From positions 1 to 64,000 of the forward strand of contig CBDESZ010000001.1 in assembly GCA_965242725.1 (NCBI GenBank): 64,000 nt of DNA, read 5' to 3'. Shown here in pieces: positions 10,392 through 20,800 of this stretch. The translations under genes were made by a program, and so were the position numbers. A model generated the notes under the pieces. It made no database searches. It was not told the origin of the DNA and saw nothing but the letters and a program-made list of their open reading frames with translations. Source of the stretch: Alkalispirochaeta sp. Its GTDB lineage: Bacteria > Spirochaetota > Spirochaetia > DSM-27196 > Alkalispirochaetaceae. Position 1 is the stretch's first letter; every line of letters begins with the position of its first letter.

Positions 10392-10625
10392 TTATCCCTG
10401 GGTTGCCGGATAACCCGCCGGCTCAAGGACGGTATTGACCGTCGTCAAATCGGGCGCAGTGTCTCCGCCGTACTGGATAACCACCTCTTTCGTCTTGGAC
10501 GAAGCTTTTACCTTCTGCACCGACGGCAGGTCCTGAAGCGCCGCCGTCACCTTGGCCTCACAGTGGCCGCAACTCATGTCGGCAACCTTGTAGGTCACCG
10601 TGTTTTTTGATCCAAATAGTCCCAT
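10392..10625 (-). CDS. copZ: Heavy-metal-associated copper chaperone
   Basis: MSCGHC motif in a ~77 aa HMA domain; GGAGG RBS; follows copA. Confidence 0.88.
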   Translation of the reverse strand: MGLFGSKNTVTYKVADMSCGHCEAKVTAALQDLPSVQKVKASSKTKEVVIQYGGDTAPDLTTVNTVLEPAGYPATQG

Positions 10626-10669
10626 GACTACCTCCAAATATGTATTGACTCTGAGATCACCGGCGACGG

Positions 10670-13018
10670 CTACGCAGCCTCGGTGAACGTCCGATGGGTC
10701 TTTTTCAGAATTCGTTTCAGATGCAGTGAATTGGTCACGACCGTTATCGAGCTGAAAGCCATGGCAATCTCAGCGATAACCGGATGGAGTACCCCCGTGA
10801 CCGCCAGGGGGATGGCGACGATGTTGTAAAAGAACGCCCAGAAGAGATTCGTCCTGATCTTCGCAAAGGTACGACGGGAGATCTCTACAGCCCGGGGAAT
10901 CATTCCCAGGCTGGAACTCATGAGGGTGATATCCGCGGATTCAATGGCGATATCCGTCCCCGTCCCGATGGCGATTCCCACCTGTGCCTGCTTGAGGGCG
11001 GGGGCGTCGTTGATTCCGTCACCCACCATGGCGACAACCATGCCTTCCGCCTGAAGGCGGCGGACCGCATCGATTTTCTGTTCCGGCAACAGCTCGGCAA
11101 AAACATCGTCTATTCCCGCAGACCGCGCTATCGCGCGTGCAGCCGGTTCCGAATCACCGGTGAGCATTGCCGTCCGCAGTCCCTGGTTGTGAAGTGCTGC
11201 AATCGCTTCCGCCGCGTCGCTCTTGATCATATCGGATAACGCGTAGAGGGCTGTTACGGTACCGTCAACCGCGGTACCGACGACGGTCATGCCGTCGCCT
11301 TTCCAGCGTTCAACGGTCTGCCTCTGGGCACCGTCGAGCACCGCTCCTTCGCTTTCGAGCCATCTGACACTGCCGACCTGAGCGGTGTGGGTTGTCATGG
11401 CAGGCGCGGTATCCGTTGAAACTGCCGTGTCAGTCGCGGTATCTGACGCGGCGGCGGTATTTCCCGGGATCGGTGCGGCGGTAAAGAGGGAATTTCCAGG
11501 TGCTACCTCGCCGGAAGCGACTGAACGTGAAACGGAGGCAACGATGCCGTGTCCGGGATGGGCGGTGGCGCTGTTCACCTTTGTGACTGCACCGCCGGAA
11601 CCTTCGTTGTCCAGTTTGTTCTGGAGAAAAGCGGTAAGTGCCCGGGCGAGGGGGTGTTCGCTCTCTCCTTCGATCGCATAGGTCACATCGTGATCTCCGC
11701 CGATGCTCTCCCGTACCTCAGGGCGCCCCACCGTAAGGGTTCCCGTCTTGTCAAAGACGACGACGTTTACGTCCCGGGCGGTCTGGATCGCCTCGCCGTT
11801 CCGTATGAGCACACCGTGCTCGGCTCCATATCCCATCCCGACCATGAGAGCGGTCGGGGTTGCCAGTCCGAGGGCGCAGGGACAGGCAATGACAAGTGTC
11901 GCGATTGCGGCGGACAACGGTGCCGACAGTTCACCGCTCCCGGTGATGAACATCCATACGGTAAAGGTCACCACCGACAGGACGAGAATTGCCGGTACGA
12001 ATATCGCCGTGACGCGATCCGCAAGCTCCTGAACGGGTACCCGCGACGCCTGAGCCTCCTCGACGAGAGAGACGATACGTGAGAGGAACGATTCTTCTCC
12101 CGTCTTCCCGACGGCGACCTCTATGGTTCCCATCTGGTTGATCGTCCCTCCGATGACGCTGCTCCCCTCCTGCTTGTCGGAAGGGACGGACTCACCGGTC
12201 ACGATCGACTCGTCGATGCTGGTGGCACCCCGCACGATCGTGCCGTCGGCGGGTACTTTTTCACCGGGTCGGACACGAAGGATGTCACCGATACGCAGGG
12301 ATTCGACTTCAACTACTTCTTCCGAACCATCCTCAAGAAGACGGGTCGCACGCTTTGCGCCGAGTTCAAGAAGCTGCTGGATTGCGGAACTTGCCCGCCC
12401 CGTCGCGCGCGCCTTTATATAGGAACCGACGTAATTGATGGCTATGATCATCGCCCCGACGGAGGTGAAATCGTCTATGGATACACCCGCAAGCCGGAAC
12501 AACCCCGTCGAATAGGCGGCCACCGCCCCGATTCCTATCAGGGAGTCCATGGTGAAGTTGAGGGTCCGGAACGAATGAACGGTACTGCGAATCACGGGAA
12601 ATCCGACACCGAATATGACGACACCCCCCAGCACGAGAGGAAGTGCCTCCGATATGGCGGGCCATGGAATGTGAATACCCCAAACCATGTGCAGCAGCAT
12701 CTGGGCCATCAGCGGAATCGTCAGTACCCACGCCCACAGGAGTCGGCGGAACTCACGGGTTATATGCTTTTCCGCTTCCGCCCGTTTTTCAGAGGGATCA
12801 ACAACGGCGTACCCCGCGTCGGTGACCGCCTTTGAAAGCTCCCGGCGCAGATCATCAGAATCCGACGTCCCTTCGGCAACCTGAAGGAGCGCCTTCTTGC
12901 CGGCAAAGTTCACCTGGGCAACCTCGATCTGCGGCATCTTGCCGAGCGCTTTCTCAACGGCGGAAGCGCAGGAGGTGCAGGTCATCCCTTCTATATGTAA
13001 TTGAATATTTATACTCAT
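10670..13018 (-). CDS. copA: Cu(I)-translocating P1B-type ATPase
   Basis: GMTCTSC HMA, TGES, CPC, DKTGT, SEHP, GDGINDAP, FFYN and MAFSS motifs. Confidence 0.95.
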   Translation of the reverse strand: MSINIQLHIEGMTCTSCASAVEKALGKMPQIEVAQVNFAGKKALLQVAEGTSDSDDLRRELSKAVTDAGYAVVDPSEKRAEAEKHITREFRRLLWAWVLTIPLMAQMLLHMVWGIHIPWPAISEALPLVLGGVVIFGVGFPVIRSTVHSFRTLNFTMDSLIGIGAVAAYSTGLFRLAGVSIDDFTSVGAMIIAINYVGSYIKARATGRASSAIQQLLELGAKRATRLLEDGSEEVVEVESLRIGDILRVRPGEKVPADGTIVRGATSIDESIVTGESVPSDKQEGSSVIGGTINQMGTIEVAVGKTGEESFLSRIVSLVEEAQASRVPVQELADRVTAIFVPAILVLSVVTFTVWMFITGSGELSAPLSAAIATLVIACPCALGLATPTALMVGMGYGAEHGVLIRNGEAIQTARDVNVVVFDKTGTLTVGRPEVRESIGGDHDVTYAIEGESEHPLARALTAFLQNKLDNEGSGGAVTKVNSATAHPGHGIVASVSRSVASGEVAPGNSLFTAAPIPGNTAAASDTATDTAVSTDTAPAMTTHTAQVGSVRWLESEGAVLDGAQRQTVERWKGDGMTVVGTAVDGTVTALYALSDMIKSDAAEAIAALHNQGLRTAMLTGDSEPAARAIARSAGIDDVFAELLPEQKIDAVRRLQAEGMVVAMVGDGINDAPALKQAQVGIAIGTGTDIAIESADITLMSSSLGMIPRAVEISRRTFAKIRTNLFWAFFYNIVAIPLAVTGVLHPVIAEIAMAFSSITVVTNSLHLKRILKKTHRTFTEAA

Positions 13019-13060
13019 GACAGTTCCTTGTGGCACAAGGATGCCACTCTTCCATCTCAC

Positions 13061-13081
13061 TGTCAAGGACCCCCGGGGGGT
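13061..13081. promoter_or_regulatory. Probable CsoR operator (ACCCCCGGGGGGT, 13069-13081) next to a minus-strand TTGACA (13061-13066) for copA
   Basis: C-tract/G-tract pseudo-palindrome typical of CsoR/RcnR operators, in the copA-csoR intergenic gap. Confidence 0.65.
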
Positions 13082-13120
13082 GGGGGTGGCACAGGTCGGA
13101 AAAACGTATTAGTATGAGGC

Positions 13121-13459
13121 ATGGAAAAGATACTCCCCTCCATTGTGGAGCCCCGGACAACAGACGGATATGTTCGGCACCACGGTCCTCGCGGCGTGAA
13201 TGACGATGCCCTGCGAAGAATGCGCAGCATCGAAGGACAGGTACGGGGCATCCAGAAAATGATTGAGGACGAGCGGTATTGCATGGAGATCGTGGATCAG
13301 ATTTCCGCGATACGCGCAGCCCTTGCAAAGGTCAGTGAGTCCGTCTTGCGGCGTCATATCGAAACATGCGTGGTCAGCGACCTGCGCGACGGGTCTCCGG
13401 AACAGCAGGATCAGGTCATTCAGGAACTCATGGACGCAATCGCAAAACGTGTTCGTTAG
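13121..13459 (+). CDS. csoR: CsoR-family metal-sensing repressor
   Basis: RMRSIEGQVRGIQKM, RYC and HIETC (Cys-His-Cys fingerprint); divergent from copA. Confidence 0.9.
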   Translation: MEKILPSIVEPRTTDGYVRHHGPRGVNDDALRRMRSIEGQVRGIQKMIEDERYCMEIVDQISAIRAALAKVSESVLRRHIETCVVSDLRDGSPEQQDQVIQELMDAIAKRVR

Positions 13460-13484
13460 GACCCTTCAATGATACAATCAGGGA

Positions 13485-15467
13485 ATGAAACCGCGACGAT
13501 TCGTCAAACTTTTTTCCCTGTTCATCGTACTTAACCTGGCAGGTATCGCGACGCCATGGGCGCAGGAGGGTTTTTCCCGTTCCCGCGAGACCATTCCCCT
13601 CCGGGAGGTCACACTCTATACGAGCGGCGTCGCTCAATTTCTCCACCGCGGGATCGTGACCCACGATGGAGAGGTCACCATCGACATACCAAAAGACCAA
13701 ATGGTCGACGTGATACGAACGCTGACGGTGATAGGCAGCGACGGCAATCCGATCCGGAACGTTACCTTCCCCGCAGGGGAGGATCCCCGCCGCAGCCTCG
13801 GTCGTTTTCGTATCGATCTGAACGATGTCCGTGGTCTGACGGACCTGGCCGTTCAGGCCCGGGGGCTCGAGGCGACGGTGCAATATCGTGACGGACGTTC
13901 GCTCACGGGGATCATTGCGGGAGCCGCTGCCGATCAATCAGCCGGAACACCTGACGGGATCGGGCGTGATCCGCGGAGGGACCAGCTCCTCCTGGCGACG
14001 GAAGACGCCGTCTTTCCCATTTCAGTCGATGCCATATCCTCCCTGAGTTTCACCGATACCGACGTGCAGCGTGAGTTCGCCTCCGCCCTTTCGGTGCTCT
14101 CCAACGCAACAGGACCCAACGCACCGCAGCAACTGACGATCCGCCTTGCCGATCCGTCCGTGGAGGGAGAGGAGCTGTCGGTGAGATATCTTGCGGAAAG
14201 CCCCCTGTGGCGGACAAGTTACCGCGGCATCTTTGACGGGGAGCATCTCCTCCTGCAGGGGTGGGCCCACGTGGACAACACGGGATCCCAGGACTGGGAA
14301 GGCGTTTCCCTCACCCTCGTTGCCGCACAACCGGTCACCTACCTCGCAGACCTCTACCATCCCCGGTATGTGGAACGACGCCCCTCCCCGGAATCGGAAA
14401 TGGGAGACGGAGCCGGCATTCCCGCCGCACCCTTCGCGCGAATGTCCCTGGACAGTGCGATGATGGAATCGGCAAAGAGTTCGGTGCAACCGGAAGTCGC
14501 GGAAGAGGAGTCGATCACCGGAATCACCTTTACCTTCACCGATCCGGTGACCATTGCCCGCGGTCGCTCGGCGATGGTGCCCATTGTGGACCGGCTCTTT
14601 GACGCCCGAATCGTCCGGTCTTTTGACCCCCGGCGGGACACTCTTCAGCCGCGTCTCACTCTCGCCTTCGAGAACACAAGCGGTCGGCAGCTCCCCGACG
14701 GCGTCGTCACGATATTTGAGGGTCAGCGATACGTCGGCGACGCGCTCCTTCCCGTCCTCTTTGACGGTGATGAGGGGACGCTCCGGTACGCCGTCGACCT
14801 GTCACACACGATTCGCCATGAGAGCGACACCGCCCCTGAAGAACTGCGGAGCGTGACGGTCGTCGACGGTGTTCTCGTTGAGCAACTCCGGCTGCGCCGG
14901 ACGACACGCTACACAATCGAGGCGCGAGGCAACGAAGACGGACGCGAGGGCCGTCCGGAACGGATTCGCATTGCCCACCACGTTCCCGACGGATGGGAGG
15001 TTGTCTCTCCGCAACCTCTTGAACGGGACGGCCGGACGTACACATTTCTCTCCATAGGAACGGCGCTGACCGTCACGGAGGAGCGCATTCGGGAGCGGCG
15101 CGTCGCATTGACTGCCGCGGACCAGGCCCATCTCCTTTCCTATTCCTCGAATCGCCTGATCGACCCGACGGTTCGCCGGATCATACAGAACGTCGTCGAT
15201 CTGCGACGCCAGCTCGATACTCACCGGGTGACGCGCCGGGAGGCGGAACGCCAACTGAACGAGATCACATCCGACCAGGAGCGTATTCGGCAGAATATGG
15301 AACCCCTGGAACGTGACTCGTCACTGTATCGACGCTACCTTCGAGAACTTGAGTCGCTGGAAAACCGTCTCGGCATCGTCCGGGAAGAGCTGAACGACGC
15401 GAGGAGCAGGGAACAGACGGCGGAAGAGGCGCTTCAGGAGTATCTTCGGACGTTACAGAGTCAATAG
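13485..15467 (+). CDS. DUF4139 domain-containing exported protein
   Basis: Signal peptide; VTLYTSGVAQF, WRTSYR, LQGWAHVDNTGSQDW and ARGRSAMVPI motifs; C-terminal coiled coil (DQERIRQNM). Confidence 0.75.
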   Translation: MKPRRFVKLFSLFIVLNLAGIATPWAQEGFSRSRETIPLREVTLYTSGVAQFLHRGIVTHDGEVTIDIPKDQMVDVIRTLTVIGSDGNPIRNVTFPAGEDPRRSLGRFRIDLNDVRGLTDLAVQARGLEATVQYRDGRSLTGIIAGAAADQSAGTPDGIGRDPRRDQLLLATEDAVFPISVDAISSLSFTDTDVQREFASALSVLSNATGPNAPQQLTIRLADPSVEGEELSVRYLAESPLWRTSYRGIFDGEHLLLQGWAHVDNTGSQDWEGVSLTLVAAQPVTYLADLYHPRYVERRPSPESEMGDGAGIPAAPFARMSLDSAMMESAKSSVQPEVAEEESITGITFTFTDPVTIARGRSAMVPIVDRLFDARIVRSFDPRRDTLQPRLTLAFENTSGRQLPDGVVTIFEGQRYVGDALLPVLFDGDEGTLRYAVDLSHTIRHESDTAPEELRSVTVVDGVLVEQLRLRRTTRYTIEARGNEDGREGRPERIRIAHHVPDGWEVVSPQPLERDGRTYTFLSIGTALTVTEERIRERRVALTAADQAHLLSYSSNRLIDPTVRRIIQNVVDLRRQLDTHRVTRREAERQLNEITSDQERIRQNMEPLERDSSLYRRYLRELESLENRLGIVREELNDARSREQTAEEALQEYLRTLQSQ

Positions 15468-15511
15468 TTTCCCGTGCCCCGCTGCGCCGCAACAGGGATA
15501 TGTATACACGG

Positions 15512-16630
15512 TCAGCCCCACCCCACTCCGACGGTGTCTCCGGCGCCGATCCCGCGGGCGGGACCGTTGATATGGGCGAGAAGCTCGTCCGCCGCGGCAT
15601 CCCAGCCGTCGGCGGCGGTATGGCTTGAAGGCCAGTCTACGTGAATACGTACGGCGAGAACGCTGCCGAGAAAGCGGACGTCCTTCACAACCGCCGCCGT
15701 CGATTTATCTGCGGTACGGTTCCCGTTTGTGCGCAGCAGAATCTGATGGGGCCGAACCACGGCGAGGTAGCGCTCTCCGCTTTCATTGGCGTCTGCCGAT
15801 GCGGGAACCACCGCGACATCCTCCGGTACGGGGCCAAGGGGTGAGAACCACTGTTCGCCCTTCCCGTCGCCCTTCCCGTCGCTCTTCCATGCCGGGATGA
15901 AGGAGGCACTCCCGGAAAACTCAGCCACATCCCGCGTCGCCGGGTGGGCGTAAATCGACTCCGCCGTGTCCACCTGCAGAAGGCGCCCCTCCCTCAGAAC
16001 GGCGATCCGGTCTGCAAGGGTAAACGCCTCATACCGGTCGTGGGTGACGACGATGGCGGCACTTCCGCTGCCCTTGATGATGCCCCGCGTCTCGGCGAGA
16101 AGCCGATGGGTACAGGTGTGGTCGAGATTGCTGAAGGGCTCATCAAGGAGGACGATCGCGGGACGCGGTGCGAGGGCCCGGATAAGCGCTACCCGCTGCT
16201 GCTGTCCCCCGGAAATCTCGTGGGGATATCGCGTCGCAATCTCCGGTATCGCCGCCAGGCTCAGCAGCTCGCGAACCCGCTCCCGTCGTTCCGCCGGGGA
16301 GAACCCCCGCAATCCGAAGGCGACGTTTTCCTCGACGGTCAAATGGGGAAAGAGCGCAAAGTCCTGGAAGACGACACCGATGTTCCGCTGCTCCGGGGGG
16401 ACCATTCCGCGGGGAGCGGCAATAGTCGTCGAGTTGAGGATTATCGCTCCTTCATCGGGACGCTCAAACCCCGCAATCAGGCGCAGGGCGGTCGTTTTCC
16501 CGGAACCGCTGTTGCCGGCGAGGGCGACAATTTCTCCTTCGTGCAGTGTCAGGGAGAGCGCGTCGACGGCTGGATGGGACAACCGGGGAAACCGCTTGGT
16601 CAAACCGTGGAGAACCAGCATACTATGCAC
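15512..16630 (-). CDS. fbpC: Fe3+ ABC transporter ATP-binding protein (FbpC-like)
   Basis: GNSGSGKTT, VFQDFALFPH, ISGGQQQR, LLDEPFSNLD. Confidence 0.85.
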   Translation of the reverse strand: MHSMLVLHGLTKRFPRLSHPAVDALSLTLHEGEIVALAGNSGSGKTTALRLIAGFERPDEGAIILNSTTIAAPRGMVPPEQRNIGVVFQDFALFPHLTVEENVAFGLRGFSPAERRERVRELLSLAAIPEIATRYPHEISGGQQQRVALIRALAPRPAIVLLDEPFSNLDHTCTHRLLAETRGIIKGSGSAAIVVTHDRYEAFTLADRIAVLREGRLLQVDTAESIYAHPATRDVAEFSGSASFIPAWKSDGKGDGKGEQWFSPLGPVPEDVAVVPASADANESGERYLAVVRPHQILLRTNGNRTADKSTAAVVKDVRFLGSVLAVRIHVDWPSSHTAADGWDAAADELLAHINGPARGIGAGDTVGVGWG

Positions 16631-18308
16631 CCTTCCTTCCCGGTCGTTTCATGATGACAGACATCGTAATAACTCCAAGTACGACGAGCAATAACGCCCG
16701 GGGCGCCGCCTCGGGCAATCGCTCGTCCATGGCGAGACGATATACGTCCACCGCGAGGGTTGAAAAATTGAATGGCCGCAGCAACAGCGTCATCGGCAGA
16801 TCCTTGATGATATCGATTGCAACGAGCAGCGCCGCGCTGGTGATTGTCGGCGTGAAGACAGGAAGAATCACCGCGGAAAGGACGCGCCAGGGAGGACTGC
16901 CCAGCGACCGTGCTGCGTCTACGGTGTTGCGGTGATGGCGTTCAAAGGCGGCACGGAGGGGCTGAACGGCTACCGCGGAATACCGCGCGGCATAGGCAAA
17001 GATCAGTCCCCCCAGGGTTCCAAAGAAAAAGAGCCGTTCATCCACAAGGGAGAAGATGCGAAAGACGGCGAGGACGCCTATGGCGATTACCGTTCCGGGG
17101 ACGGCGTAGCCGATGCCGGCAGCGCCGCGCAGCACCGACATGAGCCGGCCCGGTCTGAGATAGGACGTGAAGTTCACAAGGAGCGCAATACCGAGAATCA
17201 CCGCCGTCCCCGCTGCAGCAAGGGCGACGGTGCGGAAGGTCGTCATCGCCACCTCACCCCACACTCCCGACGCGGCGGTGAATGAGAGGCCGGAGCCTCC
17301 CCCCAGGGCCCACAGGACGAGCTGCATCACCGGCAGCCCGAATCCGAGTAACGGCGGTATGACGATCGCGCCGGTGAGGAGGATCTTTGTGGACGGCCTG
17401 ATATTCTTTGCCGCCCCGTCATCCCGGGAGGGACGGCCCGCACCATACCCTTTTCGTCCCCGGCCGATCCGTTCTGTGGACAGGAGTACGAAAATGATTA
17501 CAAGGACGAAGGCCGCCAGGCGCGTTGCCGACGGGAGGTCGCCCAACGCAAACCACGTGCGAAAGACACCGGTCGAGAGCGTCTCAAAACCGAGATACAC
17601 CGGCGTCGCATAGGCGTTCATCACTTCCATCGCGACAAGGGCCGCGCCGCCGGCAATGGCCGGCCGGAGCGTTGGTACCACGCCGCGACCGACATTCCGA
17701 AAATATCGCCACCTCACTCTGGTCGACGACATGCCGCTCAAAGCCGCTACCGCCTCAAAAAGCGTCCCCGTTCCCCGCAACAGGGCTCCGCGAACGACGA
17801 TATAGACATAGGGATACAGTCCAAAGACGAGGATGAATATGGCCGCACCGATGCCCCGAAAGGGAACGGTCACTCCCGTCAGCCGAAAGAGGAGCCCTCC
17901 GTACCCGACCATGTCACCCCAGGTGAAGGTACTTATGTATACAGGCAGCGCCAATGGAGCAACAAAGACGAGACGCCACACACCCCGCCCTGGAATGGCG
18001 TAGCGGTGAAGAATCCACGCTCCCGTCGTTCCGACAATAGCCGCCAGAATTGAAACGACTACAACCAGAACGACGGTGTTCATGATGTACCCGGAGAGAA
18101 CGGTCGCCCTGATATGGGCCCACGTCGTGCCCCCGCGGGACAGGAATCCCGCCAGGACGGGAAAGAACGGAAGGATTACAAGTGTCGTAAGAATGATCGT
18201 TGCCGCCGTCCAATGGGGATAGGACCGGCCGAATCGAGCTCTTCCGGTGCGTTCCGGACGGGGACTCCCGTCCGGAACGATCTCACGGGCGCTTTCATTC
18301 ATAGTCAT
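16623..18308 (-). CDS. fbpB: Fe3+ ABC transporter permease (FbpB-like)
   Basis: Double permease; YPYVY, GYAVPGTVIAIG and KDLPMTLLLRPFNF motifs. Confidence 0.88.
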   Translation of the reverse strand: MTMNESAREIVPDGSPRPERTGRARFGRSYPHWTAATIILTTLVILPFFPVLAGFLSRGGTTWAHIRATVLSGYIMNTVVLVVVVSILAAIVGTTGAWILHRYAIPGRGVWRLVFVAPLALPVYISTFTWGDMVGYGGLLFRLTGVTVPFRGIGAAIFILVFGLYPYVYIVVRGALLRGTGTLFEAVAALSGMSSTRVRWRYFRNVGRGVVPTLRPAIAGGAALVAMEVMNAYATPVYLGFETLSTGVFRTWFALGDLPSATRLAAFVLVIIFVLLSTERIGRGRKGYGAGRPSRDDGAAKNIRPSTKILLTGAIVIPPLLGFGLPVMQLVLWALGGGSGLSFTAASGVWGEVAMTTFRTVALAAAGTAVILGIALLVNFTSYLRPGRLMSVLRGAAGIGYAVPGTVIAIGVLAVFRIFSLVDERLFFFGTLGGLIFAYAARYSAVAVQPLRAAFERHHRNTVDAARSLGSPPWRVLSAVILPVFTPTITSAALLVAIDIIKDLPMTLLLRPFNFSTLAVDVYRLAMDERLPEAAPRALLLVVLGVITMSVIMKRPGRKGA

Positions 18309-18326
18309 TCCCGTGATCGAGTCCGA

Positions 18327-19412
18327 TTACTGCCATCCGACACGGTCAAAGATCATGCTCGCCTCTCGAGCCCGCGCACCGAGCGCTTCAAGATTGAGGT
18401 CATCCGCGACAAAATCACCCCACTCCGCCACCTCCGGTGCGAGGGACACTCCGTCCACGACGGGATATTCGAAATTCGCCTCCGCAAACTTTTGCTGTGC
18501 TTCCCGGCTTAACAGAAACTCGATGAGTTGTCGGGCTCCCTCGACATTGTCGGCGGATGCGGTAATCCCGGCGCCGCTCACGTTGATGTGGGCGCCCCGA
18601 CCGTCGCTGCCGGGCACTCCCGGTTGATTGGGGAAAAAGACCGCAATCCGGGAGGCCACTTCCCGGTCGGCCGATTCGGACGAGGTCAGCATGCGACCGA
18701 GATAGTAGGTGTTCACAATTGCATAGTCCGCCTCCCCCGCAGCTACGGCACGCAACTGGTCGCGATCATTTCCCTGTGGAGGACGGGCAAAGCTTCGGGT
18801 CATGCCTTCGGCCCACGCTTCAGCCTCTTCCACGCCGAGATGTTCAACAAGGGACGCCAGGAGGGAAATGTTGTAGATGTTGCTTGACGAGCGTACGGCG
18901 ACGGCGTCGGCGAACTCGGGCCCTCCAAGTGCCTCATAGGTGGAGAGAATAGAGGTGTCCGCCCGATCGCGGTGGTACGCCACAATACGCGCCCGCATCG
19001 TCAATGCGGTCCAGAGATCTTCGGGATCACGGAGGTGGTCGGGAACGCGTTGAGTGACCACCGATGAGTCCAGCGGTTGCAGCAGGCCGCTTTCCGCCGC
19101 CTGGTAGAGTCGCCCGGCATCGACCGTAATGAGCACGTCCGCGGGGGTATTGCTGCCCTCCGCCTGTAGTCGCTGAATAAGTTCATCCGCGCCTGCTTCC
19201 ACCACTTCGACTTTCAGGCCCGACATCTCCTCAAACTCACGGAACAGAGCCGCGTCGGTGTCGTAGTGGCGGTGAGAATAGACATGCACCACATCTGCGG
19301 ATTCTTCGGTCGATCCACCGGCGAACACCGGTGCGGCGGCGAGGACAATCGCCGCGACGCAGATGAAAACGAAGATGCCGGTACGATATTGAAACGGGAA
19401 TCGGTTACGCAT
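18327..19412 (-). CDS. fbpA: Fe3+ ABC substrate-binding protein (FutA/FbpA-like)
   Basis: YSHRHY, ADVLITVDAG, RSSSNIYN, GNDRDQ and NTYY (Tyr-Tyr iron ligands). Confidence 0.92.
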   Translation of the reverse strand: MRNRFPFQYRTGIFVFICVAAIVLAAAPVFAGGSTEESADVVHVYSHRHYDTDAALFREFEEMSGLKVEVVEAGADELIQRLQAEGSNTPADVLITVDAGRLYQAAESGLLQPLDSSVVTQRVPDHLRDPEDLWTALTMRARIVAYHRDRADTSILSTYEALGGPEFADAVAVRSSSNIYNISLLASLVEHLGVEEAEAWAEGMTRSFARPPQGNDRDQLRAVAAGEADYAIVNTYYLGRMLTSSESADREVASRIAVFFPNQPGVPGSDGRGAHINVSGAGITASADNVEGARQLIEFLLSREAQQKFAEANFEYPVVDGVSLAPEVAEWGDFVADDLNLEALGARAREASMIFDRVGWQ

Positions 19413-19424
19413 AGATACTCCAAT

Positions 19425-19443
19425 AAAAGTTAGTCTCACCTAA
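19425..19443. promoter_or_regulatory. DtxR/IdeR/TroR-family operator
   Basis: Minus strand reads TTAGGTGAGACTAACTTTT, 14/19 identical to TTAGGTTAGGCTAACCTAA, directly upstream of the iron-binding protein gene. Confidence 0.7.
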
Positions 19444-19566
19444 ATAATGAATATACATGTCTGATCGTGTCAAGTTTGTCCCGTCGGAAACGGCGTGGAC
19501 AAAGGAGCTTTCGGAAAAAGGTTATTTCCACGAAGGGGACAAAAACGGGCGCGCCCGGTGTTACAT

Positions 19567-20800
19567 GGGGAAAATGAAACAATCAGCACTTCGAGAACAC
19601 CATATCCGTCGGTTCACCTCGGTACTTTCTGCCCGGTGGCGTCGGACGATCGGCACGGCACACTCGCCCTTCCCGGCGCCAAATGTCCCGGCCCCATACC
19701 TGCCGGCTCTGATCTTCCTGTCCCTTCTCACGATGGTCATCCATCTCGCCCCCCTTCACGCGCTGGAGATCGACGAGAGCGAACGCAGTCGATGGGGCGT
19801 GGTGCCCCTGCCCGTCGTCGCATATTCTCCCGATACGGGAGGCATGTTCGGCGGAGCGGCAATGATTTTTTACGGCGACGACGTCGGCCGTCCCCGGGAG
19901 GAAAAGCGGGGCGTCCCCAACAACATAGCCGCGGTAAATGCCATCGTGACGACGAAAGAGTCATATATCTTTGCGGCATCAACGACAAATTACCTCGACG
20001 GTGGGCGATTTCGTCTCGATACCGCGGCTGCAACGATTTCGCAGCCCCAGTATTACTACGGACGGGGCGGCGATGCCGACGGAGACGTCGGGTATCGGGA
20101 AACGGCACTCAACGGGAAGCTTCAATTTGCCCTTCAGATTGCCGAAGCCACCTATGCCGGCCCCCTCTATCACTGGGAATGGGCGGAAATCGCACCACTC
20201 GAGGGTGAGCCGGAACTGCAGGCCGGCGTGGTTGCGGGAACGGAGAAACCCGTCGTTCTTTCAGGCCCCGGTGTCGCCGTAATCAGGGACACAACGGGCG
20301 GCGCCTTCTGGCCGACGTCGGGAACGGTAACGGCAGGCGAGGTAACACTTTTTCATCCGAATCTGGGAAGCACCCATTCCTTCGGACGATACAATGTGCG
20401 TCACGCCCGGTATCGTTCGGTATGGGCGGACCACATTGTCGCCGTTCAGGGGCGTTTTTCAGGTGCCTGGGGAGCGGTTCCCCCGCAGCGTCTTCCGGGC
20501 ATCGGTGGAGACGGCGTCATGAGGGGGCTCCTTGAAGGACGATACCGAGACACCCTTGCAGCGGTTATTCAGGGCGAATACCGCGTTCCCCTCGGCCAAA
20601 GCGTCGCCGTCGTCGGTTTCGGATCACTCGGCAACGTGGGCCGGAACATCGCGGAGCTCGCTTCCGGCGAGGTAAAAGGCGCGGCGGGTCTGGGATTTCG
20701 CATCGCCCTTAACAAGGAAGAGCGCGTCAATCTCCGCATAGATATCGCCTATGCTCCCGGCGGGATTGCGCCGTATGTAAACATGGGCGAGGCGTTCTAA
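19567..20800 (+). CDS. Omp85/BamA-TamA family beta-barrel outer membrane protein without POTRA domains (start uncertain)
   Basis: PLPVVAYSPDTG, MRG...GRYRD, EYR, GLGFR and NLRIDIAY motifs; C-terminal GEAF beta-signal. Confidence 0.8.
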
